A stretch of DNA of 64,000 bases from Eubacteriales bacterium (GTDB lineage Bacteria; Bacillota; Clostridia; Oscillospirales; CAG-382). Each line of letters starts with the position of its first letter. Position 1 is the first letter of the stretch. The stretch spans positions 1,478-65,477 of the forward strand of contig JAZQKV010000086.1 of assembly GCA_045542335.1 (NCBI GenBank). The letters are read 5' to 3'. The notes beneath the pieces were generated by a model. It was not told where the DNA came from. It did no database searches and saw only the letters and a program-made list of their open reading frames with translations. The translations under genes and the position numbers were made by a program. Below are positions 1 through 7,869 of the stretch, in pieces.

Positions 1-3000
1 CAGTTACCCACACCTCCACAAAGGGTGTTTACAATGTTGTTTCCGACACCTACAACTATGCAGAGCTTGTTAATGCAGACGGTGAGACGGTTGACGAAGC
101 AATAATCGTTGGCGGCGGACAGCTCACCGCACCCGGATACGGCGTATACACGGTTGCTTTCTCCAACAAGGAAATTTACAGTGCGGTATACGTTACATCT
201 CCTTATGACGAGATTTGTCCCGATGCTTATGCGGTGACAAGCGACGAAACTGACAAGCTCACAATCACGCTTCCCACGCTTGACAATCAGACCGCACACA
301 CCTTTAAGGGTTGGACAACCACCGAGGGTGGCGAAAGCGCAGAATATGCCGGCGGTGTAGAGTACACCCTTGCAGGCGAGGTTACATTCTATGCGGTATG
401 GGAAACAATTCCCACCTCCACCGTCATCTTCAAGAACGACAACGGAGAAACAATTCACACCGTAACCGGATATGTCGGCTCTCCCCTTACATTCCCCGAA
501 GATAACCCTTACAGATATGGTGAAAAGCTTCTCGGATACGCTTATGAGGGAACAACCGATGTTCTTGCAGACGATGCAACAATTCCCTCCGAGGACAAGA
601 TTGCTCTTCCTGTATGGGGTGCAATTCCTGCAGGAGAAACAAGACTTTATGTAAACGCTACTGCAGGTGATGACAGCAACACCGGTACTTCTCCCGATGC
701 TGCTCTTGCAACAATCGCAAAGGCTGTTTCTCTCCTTGCAACCGACGGCGGTTATATCATTCTCACCGGTGGCGCAAACACCCTCACAGGAGATTGGAAC
801 AACACCGGCGATATTACGCTTACATCCCTTGACCCTGTGACAGGTATAAACTACAAGGCAACTACAATTTCTGCAGACAAGCTTTCCTTTACAGGCGGTG
901 CAACCGTTCCTTACAAGGCTCTGAATTTCGGCTTCACTTCAATTGACGGAAAAATCACGCTTGACAACCTCGCAATGGTAAACACCGGCAGCTATCAGTT
1001 CGTCAACTTCAACGGACATCCTTATGAAATCGGCGAGGGTATCACGGTTTATCAGCAGGCAGACGCAAGCTCCGAAATTGTCGGCGGTGTGCTTTACATG
1101 AGATCTCTCGGCGAGGGAAATTCCATAAAAACACTTGACGATGGTCTTCACTTCACTCTTAACACCGTTTCCCCCAGTGCTGTACTGAAAATGCTCGGCA
1201 AGGCAGGAAGCGATATCCCGGGAGTTAACCTTACTGTCAACTCGACTTATAACGGCGATCTTCAGTTCGGAAACGACTCCGGTGGAGGCAAAGCAACCGT
1301 TACAGGCGATTCAAGATTCACCTTCAACGCCGGCACCTCCAAGGCAATGGCATTCCAGAGCGCATGGACAAATCCCATTGAAGGTAATGTTTACGCAATT
1401 TTCAACAACGATGTTTCAGTTAACCTTTCCGCACTTGTATTTGCAGAGGGTTATGGCCTTTATCAGATTCATTCCGGAAGCAAAGCAACTCTTGCACATG
1501 GCGAGGTTGCAGGCACATTCGAGCTTACACTTAAAGATGATTACAACTACAAATTTGTAAAGCTCCTCAATTCAGCAGGAACAATTGTTGACTATGTGGC
1601 AATAACCGATGGCAAGGCATTTATCACTCTCCCTGCACTTGATACCTACACTCTTGACTACACTGATGTTTCGTTCCACAAGATTACCTTTGCAACCGGT
1701 GACGAAAGCATTGTAATAAGTGATGCATGGCATGAAGACAACACGGATATCGAGATTCCCACTGAGCTCTACCGTTACGGTTATGAGTTCGGCGGTTGGA
1801 CCGACGGTACAACAACCTACACCGATGGTCTTATAACAATGCCCGAAAAGAACATCACTCTCACGGCAGTATGGACTGTTGCACCCGAATATACAATTAC
1901 ATTTGATGCTAATGGTGCTGACATTACAGTTCCCGAAAGTGTTACAGATTACGTCAACGAAAACATCGTTCTCGAAAGCAAAAAATCGGAGAATTCAACC
2001 TTTATCGGTTGGAGCGAAGACCCCAACAGCACAGTTGGCGTTCTCAACCATGTAATCAAGGAAGACACAACCCTTTATGCAATAACCACCACTGAGCCTG
2101 TCTACATTATCGAATCTCATTTCAGAGGAGATCCCAATGATTACACAGGTCCAAGATGTCAGTTCAGACGCTATGTTGTTGATGTTTATCTTGAAAACGC
2201 AGTTGCAAACTCCGGTTCATTCAAGCTTAACACCAATAATAAGTTTCTTTATTATCTTGGTCATGTTCCCGTTGTGGGCGTTGATGCAACGGTAACAGCG
2301 CAAAATTCCTCAGGTACTGTTGCGGGAATGCCCGGCCTTGGCTATCATTTCACAAGCAGTATTGAATTCAAATGGACAAGTGATGAGCCGGTTGACACCA
2401 CAAACGGCAGAAGACGTGTGGCACGCATCATGTTGTATTTCGGCGTTTGGGGCATGGGTTACAGCGAAATCGAAAGCCGCACAACCGACGAGGTTGTATC
2501 TCCATTTGCCGGCTACACAGCTCTTGCAGGAGAAGACACAGCTCTTGTTACAGCAAACTTCTACAAGGGTGTAAAGAGTGAGGAAGTTAAACTCACAGGT
2601 AAGGTTACAATTGAAGGCAGAGAAAGAGGCGACAGCGCAAAGTATGATTACGCGAAGCTTTATATTCTCGACAGCGAGGGCGACGCAGTTGAATACATCG
2701 TTCTTGAAGATTCAGATGCCGACAGACGCACATTCACCTATTCCACAAACATTATCCCCGGAGATTACACACTTCGTGTTATCAAGTCGGGATATGCAAC
2801 AAGAAATGTTCCCTTCACCGTAACCGAAAGCGGAACTGCTCCAAGTGTGGTTCTCTTTGCAGGTGACACAGCAGATGAAAGCGGACACGGCGACGGAATT
2901 GTTGACATTGATGACTTCTTGAAGATTCTCCGCAGTTTCTCCACCGACTTCCCCACCGAAGAATACATAAGTGCCCTTGACGTGAACGAAGACGGAAAAA

Positions 3001-4538
3001 TAAACGTTGCAGACGTGGCAATTATAAAGAACAACATCACCATGGTAGTCAACAATGCAACAGTTGAAAGCGAAATTGACACAACAATCTGCAAGCTCTC
3101 CGACTGGACGACTTTGGTCAAGGATGGCGTAATCAAGGTGACAGGCGGAAGCGAAACAGCCATTAACAATGCCATGGCATATCTTGAAGAATGCAAAAAA
3201 GGCAACTCTTATGCAATTCCTGCGCAGATGAGCCATTGTGAGGACTATGATCTTTCCGACATAAGAATCGGCGACAAGAGTATCAGCGAATACAAAATTG
3301 TAATTGCCGAGAACGACGAAATTGCTGCAGATTATGCACAGTATATTTACGACTACATTTCCGAAGTTTCCGGTTTCGGACTTGACATTGTTTACGATAC
3401 TGAAACCGAAAGCGCATATGAAATAGTCGTTGGAAATACTGCAAGACTTGCAAATCCCATAACCGAAGTTGAAAAATACAGTGTTTATGAGCAGGACGGC
3501 AAGTTTTATGTGTTCTATGGCGATGAGCAGAGCGCAGAAATGGCGTGCCTTGATCTTTGTGAAAAAATCCTCGGCAAAGCAAGCGCAGGCTTTGACGGTG
3601 ATTCTGTCGTAAATGTTGTAAGAGGCGAAAAGCACGAGGGTGCATGGTCTGTTCTCACAAGATTCGGCGTTATGTCTGATACTCACGTTGGAGTTGGTAA
3701 GAAGTGGGCTAACTACGATTGGCTCCACAGCACCTTTGATAACTTTGAAAAGATTCACGCAGAAAATCCCCTTGACTTCATGGTTTCCCTTGGTGACAAC
3801 ATTGACGACGGTTATACAAACACCTATGCAACAGACTATGCAATATATCTTGAAGAGATGAAGAATCTTGACATCTGCGATCCTGTTAACCCCATTGATG
3901 GCAGAGCTGATGGCATGATTCCTCACTACGAAATCTGCGGAAACCACGACCCCATTGCAGGTCAGCTTGACAGCAACGGCGACCTTAAAATCCGTTTCTT
4001 CAAGAACAAGCTGTGGTACACCGAAAATGAAGCAGGCGAAAAGGTTGCACATATCGCATTCTTTACAGATTACGGCGGATATCCGCTTTATAACGTCGAA
4101 TACTCCCAAAGCACGGACAGCTACCGTTCTTATGGTAAAGCAAATGATGAAATGGTTAAGTTTGTTGAGGACTCCATAATCGAAGCAAATGCCGAGGGCG
4201 CAAAGCATATTATTCTTTACAACCACTACGGTATTGCGCAGGATCTCGGCGCACCCGTTCTTCCCGAAACAGGTCTTGAAAAGATTGCGAAAGTTTGCGA
4301 AAAGTATGGCATTAAGCTGTTCTTCAACGGTCATGAGCACGACAACCCCTATACGCTCAGACGTTATAACGACATTTATGACTACGACTGTTCAATGACT
4401 GCCGCAAAGCACTCAGTTGTTGAAATAACAACCCTGCGTGCAAAGGTTACAATCTACACTAAGGACGGCTCTATTTACCGTCAGGACATCATTCCCCTCT
4501 CCGGTAGAGGCGAAGCGGTTCAGGTATACGCACAGTAA
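1..4538 (+). CDS. Large secreted multidomain protein with its N-terminus outside the window. It has Listeria/Bacteroides-type (Flg_new) repeats, a beta-helix-like region, an internal X-module + dockerin, and a C-terminal calcineurin-like metallophosphoesterase.
   Basis: The frame is open from nt 3, with no stop before the GTG at 234 used by the ORF track, so the 5' end is truncated. Flg_new-like repeats are FKGWTTTEGG..FYAVWE, GYEFGGWTDG..LTAVWT and FIGWSEDP..LYAI. The dockerin reads GDGIVDIDDFLKILRSF..DVNEDGKINVADVAIIKNN. Phosphoesterase motifs are GVMSDTHVG, SLGDNIDDG, CGNHD and FNGHEHD. A strong terminator follows. Confidence 0.85.
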   Translation, partial: VTHTSTKGVYNVVSDTYNYAELVNADGETVDEAIIVGGGQLTAPGYGVYTVAFSNKEIYSAVYVTSPYDEICPDAYAVTSDETDKLTITLPTLDNQTAHTFKGWTTTEGGESAEYAGGVEYTLAGEVTFYAVWETIPTSTVIFKNDNGETIHTVTGYVGSPLTFPEDNPYRYGEKLLGYAYEGTTDVLADDATIPSEDKIALPVWGAIPAGETRLYVNATAGDDSNTGTSPDAALATIAKAVSLLATDGGYIILTGGANTLTGDWNNTGDITLTSLDPVTGINYKATTISADKLSFTGGATVPYKALNFGFTSIDGKITLDNLAMVNTGSYQFVNFNGHPYEIGEGITVYQQADASSEIVGGVLYMRSLGEGNSIKTLDDGLHFTLNTVSPSAVLKMLGKAGSDIPGVNLTVNSTYNGDLQFGNDSGGGKATVTGDSRFTFNAGTSKAMAFQSAWTNPIEGNVYAIFNNDVSVNLSALVFAEGYGLYQIHSGSKATLAHGEVAGTFELTLKDDYNYKFVKLLNSAGTIVDYVAITDGKAFITLPALDTYTLDYTDVSFHKITFATGDESIVISDAWHEDNTDIEIPTELYRYGYEFGGWTDGTTTYTDGLITMPEKNITLTAVWTVAPEYTITFDANGADITVPESVTDYVNENIVLESKKSENSTFIGWSEDPNSTVGVLNHVIKEDTTLYAITTTEPVYIIESHFRGDPNDYTGPRCQFRRYVVDVYLENAVANSGSFKLNTNNKFLYYLGHVPVVGVDATVTAQNSSGTVAGMPGLGYHFTSSIEFKWTSDEPVDTTNGRRRVARIMLYFGVWGMGYSEIESRTTDEVVSPFAGYTALAGEDTALVTANFYKGVKSEEVKLTGKVTIEGRERGDSAKYDYAKLYILDSEGDAVEYIVLEDSDADRRTFTYSTNIIPGDYTLRVIKSGYATRNVPFTVTESGTAPSVVLFAGDTADESGHGDGIVDIDDFLKILRSFSTDFPTEEYISALDVNEDGKINVADVAIIKNNITMVVNNATVESEIDTTICKLSDWTTLVKDGVIKVTGGSETAINNAMAYLEECKKGNSYAIPAQMSHCEDYDLSDIRIGDKSISEYKIVIAENDEIAADYAQYIYDYISEVSGFGLDIVYDTETESAYEIVVGNTARLANPITEVEKYSVYEQDGKFYVFYGDEQSAEMACLDLCEKILGKASAGFDGDSVVNVVRGEKHEGAWSVLTRFGVMSDTHVGVGKKWANYDWLHSTFDNFEKIHAENPLDFMVSLGDNIDDGYTNTYATDYAIYLEEMKNLDICDPVNPIDGRADGMIPHYEICGNHDPIAGQLDSNGDLKIRFFKNKLWYTENEAGEKVAHIAFFTDYGGYPLYNVEYSQSTDSYRSYGKANDEMVKFVEDSIIEANAEGAKHIILYNHYGIAQDLGAPVLPETGLEKIAKVCEKYGIKLFFNGHEHDNPYTLRRYNDIYDYDCSMTAAKHSVVEITTLRAKVTIYTKDGSIYRQDIIPLSGRGEAVQVYAQ
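2889..3038 (+). other. Dockerin module (subtype A: degenerate first Ca loop, canonical second loop), internal to the protein
   Basis: The sequence is GDGIVDIDDFLKILRSFSTDFPTEEYISALDVNEDGKINVADVAIIKNNI. It is preceded by a CarboxypepD_reg-like X-module (GDYTLRVIKSGYATRNVPFTV). Confidence 0.75.
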
Positions 4539-4550
4539 GTGCAGTTCTAC

Positions 4551-4585
4551 AAAGGGTGTGCTTTTTACAAAAAGCACACCCTTTT
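4551..4585 (+). terminator. Rho-independent terminator
   Basis: The arms AAAGGGTGTGCTTTTT and AAAAAGCACACCCTTT are perfectly complementary and are followed by Ts, 13 nt after the stop codon. Confidence 0.8.
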
Positions 4586-4711
4586 AATCTATCCGGGATA
4601 CCGACACAAAAACTTCGCAAGCTCTATGATGAAGAATTAACCATTCTGAATCAAGGGTAGCATCGTTTCTGTATCAAAATCTCACAGCTTAAATAAAAGT
4701 GTTTTGGAAAC

Positions 4712-4742
4712 AAAAAAGCTGAACGAATTATTCTCGTTCAGC
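4712..4742 (-). terminator. Rho-independent terminator of the SGNH hydrolase gene
   Basis: GCTGAACGA / TCGTTCAGC forms a 9-bp stem with a 7-nt loop. A run of six A on the plus strand gives a U-run on the minus transcript. Confidence 0.75.
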
Positions 4743-4791
4743 CTTTTGGTTTGTTTTTAAAACGAAAAATGTTATAAAACCGTCCTTTCTT

Positions 4792-5415
4792 TTAAATGCC
4801 GCGCTTTGACGAAATCTCACCGATTATTGTATCGGCAATAAGCTCATAGCCCTCTTGAACGAAATGAACCCCGTCATTGGACAGAAGCGAAGAATTCTCA
4901 AGAGTGACCGAATAAAGGTCAATGACATGAAGATTATATTTTCCGGCAATTTCAAGTGCTATTTTATTTCGTGCAACAACCCTTTTATCTCTTGCTTCAT
5001 TTGAAACGTGAGTTGTAAGAACCAGGAAAACAGGTGTGTCGCAAAAACTTTCCATGAGAAATCTGACCATTTTTTCGTAATATACAGCATATTCGGTTTC
5101 GTCACAGAGATGCCAGCCGTGAAGCCCATTATTGAAAAGAACTGCGTCACGTCTTTCCTCCTGTGCCGCAAAAATCTTAACGGAATCTATGAAATAAGGG
5201 TTATCAACCGCCTTGGAGGTGCCAAAGCCATCGAAAAGGATTTTTTCGTTTGTTCTCATGGTTGCGATTCTTCTTGTTCCGCAGGAAATTGAATCGCCTA
5301 TGTACAACACACGGGTGGATTCGGGTGTCGTTGCACGTTCTATCCACAAGTTGTCCCACTCATAGGTTTCGAGTTTTTCCTTTCTTTCATTTTGTTCGTA
5401 AGTGAAGCCTGTCAT
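4792..5415 (-). CDS. SGNH/GDSL-family hydrolase (esterase), cytoplasmic
   Basis: Block I is YIGDSISCG, the C-terminal block is DGVHF, and NGLHG is a central block. The RBS GAGGTG lies 5 nt upstream of the ATG. Confidence 0.75.
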   Translation of the reverse strand: MTGFTYEQNERKEKLETYEWDNLWIERATTPESTRVLYIGDSISCGTRRIATMRTNEKILFDGFGTSKAVDNPYFIDSVKIFAAQEERRDAVLFNNGLHGWHLCDETEYAVYYEKMVRFLMESFCDTPVFLVLTTHVSNEARDKRVVARNKIALEIAGKYNLHVIDLYSVTLENSSLLSNDGVHFVQEGYELIADTIIGEISSKRGI

Positions 5416-5482
5416 TTTGTCACCTCATATTAAAACATTGTAGCCTATCAGCATAAATGCACTTAAACATTTGTCAATTCAC

Positions 5483-5511
5483 ATTATATCACACAAATTT
5501 CCAAATATCAA
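5483..5511 (-). promoter_or_regulatory. Sigma-A type promoter for the SGNH gene
   Basis: The minus strand reads TTGATA-17 nt-TGATATAAT (extended -10). Confidence 0.55.
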
Positions 5512-5553
5512 CCCCTAAAAGCATTTTTAATCAAAAACCGGACATATCTGCCA

Positions 5554-6693
5554 TCAGCGCCGACCGCCCGGTTCGTCAAAGCCATGACCGCCATCGGAGT
5601 GCCCGTGTGGCATCGGACTTTTCGGTTCAGGTGCTTGCGGAAGTTCAGGAGTATGAACCCTCTCCGACTTTTGTGGAGGCGGTACTTCTTCCGGCGGATC
5701 TGTGACTTCCGGTGTTACGGAATATGAAGTTTCTTCGTGTGGCTCTGTCATTTCGGGCATAGCGGACACTTCGGGAAACTTTGGAGTATGAATTTTCTCC
5801 GACTTTGACGGAGGAGGTACTTCTTCCGGCGGTTCCTCAACTTCGGGCGTTTCTGAATGTGGAGCTTTTTCGGGAAGCTCCGCCGTTTCGGACACAGTAA
5901 GCACTTCTGAAACCTCCGGCAGTTCTTCTGTGCTCTCTGTCGTTACTGGCTCTGCTTGATTCTTCGATTCTTGATCATTTTCAGGTGAATTTTCATCGGT
6001 CGCTTCTTCAGGCAATGTGGGCGGTATTTTTTCGACATCGTTTTTGACGCCGACAGGTAACTTTTGATTTTTTTCTTCAGACTCTGCAGTGTAGGGGTAA
6101 ACGCTTTCACCGGTTTCTGCGTGTTTAACCTCCACCGTCACCGCAAGAGTCTCTCTGTATTTCGTGTTTATACTGCTTGCTATCTTCTCGCCCGTTTCGG
6201 CAATCCAGCTTTCATTTTTTGCTTTCAAGGCAACGGTTATTTCCCCACCATAAGCAAGGTATTCCTTTTCAACAGCTCGATCCACAATGTCATTTACAAC
6301 CGCATCAATGGGTTTGTTTTTATACCTGTAATCCGAGACAAGCGTTTTTCCGTCATCGTTTATTCCCTTGACATCAATTACGGCGTTGTCACGATTTACG
6401 TCAATGCGGATTTCAGGATTTATCGTTACGTAAACCGATCCGTATGGTACAGTTGCAAGCTTCAATACTCCAAGCGTTACAAGAACAAAACACGCCACCG
6501 CAACGGCAAAACAACCAAGGCATTTATATTTTGCAAAGCCTGACGCACTCTCGTTCTTCGGGCACAGCTCAACAATATCCGTCACCGTCTGTCCCACTTC
6601 ATAGTGCCTGTTTGCCACATTGTGAAAGCCTCCGCTTTCGTCAAGTACCACTGCATAGCTTAAATGACATTCCATTACGATATACTTTTTCAC
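5554..6693 (-). CDS. rsgI: Anti-sigma-I factor, RsgI family. It has an RsgI_N domain, one TM helix and an RsgI middle domain. The C-terminal tail is Pro/Glu-rich and repetitive, with no recognisable sensor module.
   Basis: The N-terminus MKKYIVMECHLSYAVVLDESGGFHNVANRHYEVGQTV is typical of RsgI_N. The TM helix is CLGCFAVAVACFVLVTLGVL. The extracytoplasmic part reads SVYVTINPEIRIDVNRDNAVIDVKGINDDG. The GTG start overlaps the sigI stop (GTGA), and the RBS GGGGGAG lies 7 nt upstream. Confidence 0.8.
   Translation of the reverse strand: MKKYIVMECHLSYAVVLDESGGFHNVANRHYEVGQTVTDIVELCPKNESASGFAKYKCLGCFAVAVACFVLVTLGVLKLATVPYGSVYVTINPEIRIDVNRDNAVIDVKGINDDGKTLVSDYRYKNKPIDAVVNDIVDRAVEKEYLAYGGEITVALKAKNESWIAETGEKIASSINTKYRETLAVTVEVKHAETGESVYPYTAESEEKNQKLPVGVKNDVEKIPPTLPEEATDENSPENDQESKNQAEPVTTESTEELPEVSEVLTVSETAELPEKAPHSETPEVEEPPEEVPPPSKSEKIHTPKFPEVSAMPEMTEPHEETSYSVTPEVTDPPEEVPPPQKSERVHTPELPQAPEPKSPMPHGHSDGGHGFDEPGGRR
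5648..5850 (-). repeat. Intragenic imperfect tandem repeat, period 135 bp (45 aa), encoding the PPEEVPPP..K/RS E K/R..HTP tail of RsgI
   Basis: Copy A (5648-5715) and copy B (5783-5850) align with few mismatches (ggagtatgaa..ctccgactt..ggaggnggtacttcttccggcgg). Confidence 0.8.
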
Positions 6694-7418
6694 GTGCGCT
6701 CTCCCCCTTTCACAACAAGCATAGGTTTGAGATGCTCACGGATAATTTCATACCCATTTGTCTGAATCAAAAGCATAACAAGAATATATTTTCTGTGACG
6801 TTCAAGTGTTTTTCTTTCAACACCTGTTCCCAAAACAAGTTTAGCAAGAGGAAGCTTTTTTGTTTCAAGAAGCTCGTCAAGAAGCTCCTTGTTTTGTGAT
6901 GCATATCTTATTGCAGCCTGACAGGCTTCAACAGTTCGCTTTTGTTTAGGGGAATTTTCCGACACGTCACAGAATCTTACACCAAATTGAGCCATAACAC
7001 CAGAAAGCTCGGCAATTTCCTGTTTTGTAGCTTCAAGTGTCAAGGCTTGCTCATAGTAGTCGATGTTATCTGTAAGGTTGTCTTTGAGCAGTTTTCCGTT
7101 ATTTCCAACTGCTTCATCAAGGGAAACATGCCCCTTGTGCCTCTGCTCCTTGCGTGAATAGTCTATAAGCCGGCTCTTTATAACCATTGCCGCATATTTT
7201 AAAAATGCTCCTCTTTTGCTTTGATAGCCTCGAATTGCCTCATGAAAGGCTATCATGGCAATGCTGAATTCATCGTCCTCGTCAAGACACGTTCTTGAAA
7301 GAAACTTTGAAGTTTCCGATTTTATAAATGGTATGTAATTGCGAATCATTTGGTCCGCACAGTGCATATCACACTTTGCTTGTTCAATTTGCTTCAAAAG
7401 TTCATTATCGTCGCTCAT
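6690..7418 (-). CDS. sigI: RNA polymerase sigma factor SigI
   Basis: The protein is 242 aa. Its region-2-like segment is IRNYIPFIKSETSKFLSR..DDEFSIAMIAFHEAIRGY. It lies immediately upstream of, and translationally coupled to, an RsgI_N anti-sigma gene. The RBS is AGAGG. Confidence 0.85.
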   Translation of the reverse strand: MSDDNELLKQIEQAKCDMHCADQMIRNYIPFIKSETSKFLSRTCLDEDDEFSIAMIAFHEAIRGYQSKRGAFLKYAAMVIKSRLIDYSRKEQRHKGHVSLDEAVGNNGKLLKDNLTDNIDYYEQALTLEATKQEIAELSGVMAQFGVRFCDVSENSPKQKRTVEACQAAIRYASQNKELLDELLETKKLPLAKLVLGTGVERKTLERHRKYILVMLLIQTNGYEIIREHLKPMLVVKGGERT

Positions 7419-7444
7419 CGGATCACACCTCTTTCCTTAAAGAA

Positions 7445-7490
7445 TACGTTAAAACTTTTGAAAAAACGGGGTGGCAAAATTTTTTTCGCA
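7445..7490 (-). promoter_or_regulatory. Candidate sigma-I-dependent (autoregulatory) promoter of sigI-rsgI
   Basis: The minus strand reads AAAAAAATTTTGCCACCCCGTTTTTTCAAAAGTTTTAACGTATTC. It has an A/T tract, a CCACCCCG -35-like element (7467-7474) and a CGTA -10-like element (7445-7448), about 27 nt upstream of the ATG. This resembles the A-tract/CCC...CGWA layout reported for sigma-I promoters. The spacing has not been verified against a matrix. Confidence 0.5.
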
Positions 7491-7520
7491 CAACTATCTT
7501 TGGCAACGCTACCGTTAACC

Positions 7521-7545
7521 ACTGTACTGTACTGTACTGTACTGT
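7521..7545. repeat. Pentanucleotide microsatellite (ACTGT)x5
   Basis: Five perfect ACTGT units are followed by ACTTT. The repeat lies 47 nt upstream of the sigma-I-like -35 element, in the sigI/GH28 divergent intergenic region. Confidence 0.95.
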
Positions 7546-7705
7546 ACTTTACACTTATATTATATCATGCCTAAAGGTTCTTTTTAAAGCTGTTTTTGTA
7601 AACTCAGATGATTCAAGAGAAGATGCTTCACCATATTCTGCCTTTATCTTCGCAGACAAAAAATAAATTATGATAGTTTTGTGCAACGCCGGATACAAAA
7701 TCACA

Positions 7706-7734
7706 TTGACTTTGCATCAGGATGATGATAGAAT
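7706..7734 (+). promoter_or_regulatory. Sigma-A type promoter (distal) upstream of the GH28 gene
   Basis: TTGACT-17 nt-TGATAGAAT. Confidence 0.45.
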
Positions 7735-7796
7735 AACTCCGAGCTTTAAACAGGTTATCTTTGGTTTAACTGTATAAACTTGTTTACCAAATTGTA

Positions 7797-7825
7797 TTGA
7801 TAAATGCACAACTCGGTGCTATAAT
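7797..7825 (+). promoter_or_regulatory. Sigma-A type promoter (proximal) upstream of the GH28 gene
   Basis: TTGATA-17 nt-TGCTATAAT (extended -10), 45 nt before the ATG. Confidence 0.55.
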
Positions 7826-7869
7826 TTAGTAGGTAAATAACTTGATTTCAAAATTTCAGGAGGTAGGAA

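Noticed and set aside
2712-4340. Very long antisense ORFs inside the large genes. Examples are 2712-4340 (-, 542 aa), 20804-22051 (+, 415 aa), 54511-56061 (+, 516 aa), 53242-54114, 44390-45235, 62452-63300, 17644-18408, 50103-50873 and 16250-16864.
   Set aside because: - Each lies entirely opposite a gene with strong family motifs.
- For the three I checked, the antisense ORF is in the codon-aligned antisense frame. That frame stays open simply when the sense codons TTA, CTA and TCA are rare.
- The translations are Cys/Val/Phe/Asn-rich with no motifs, RBS or promoters.
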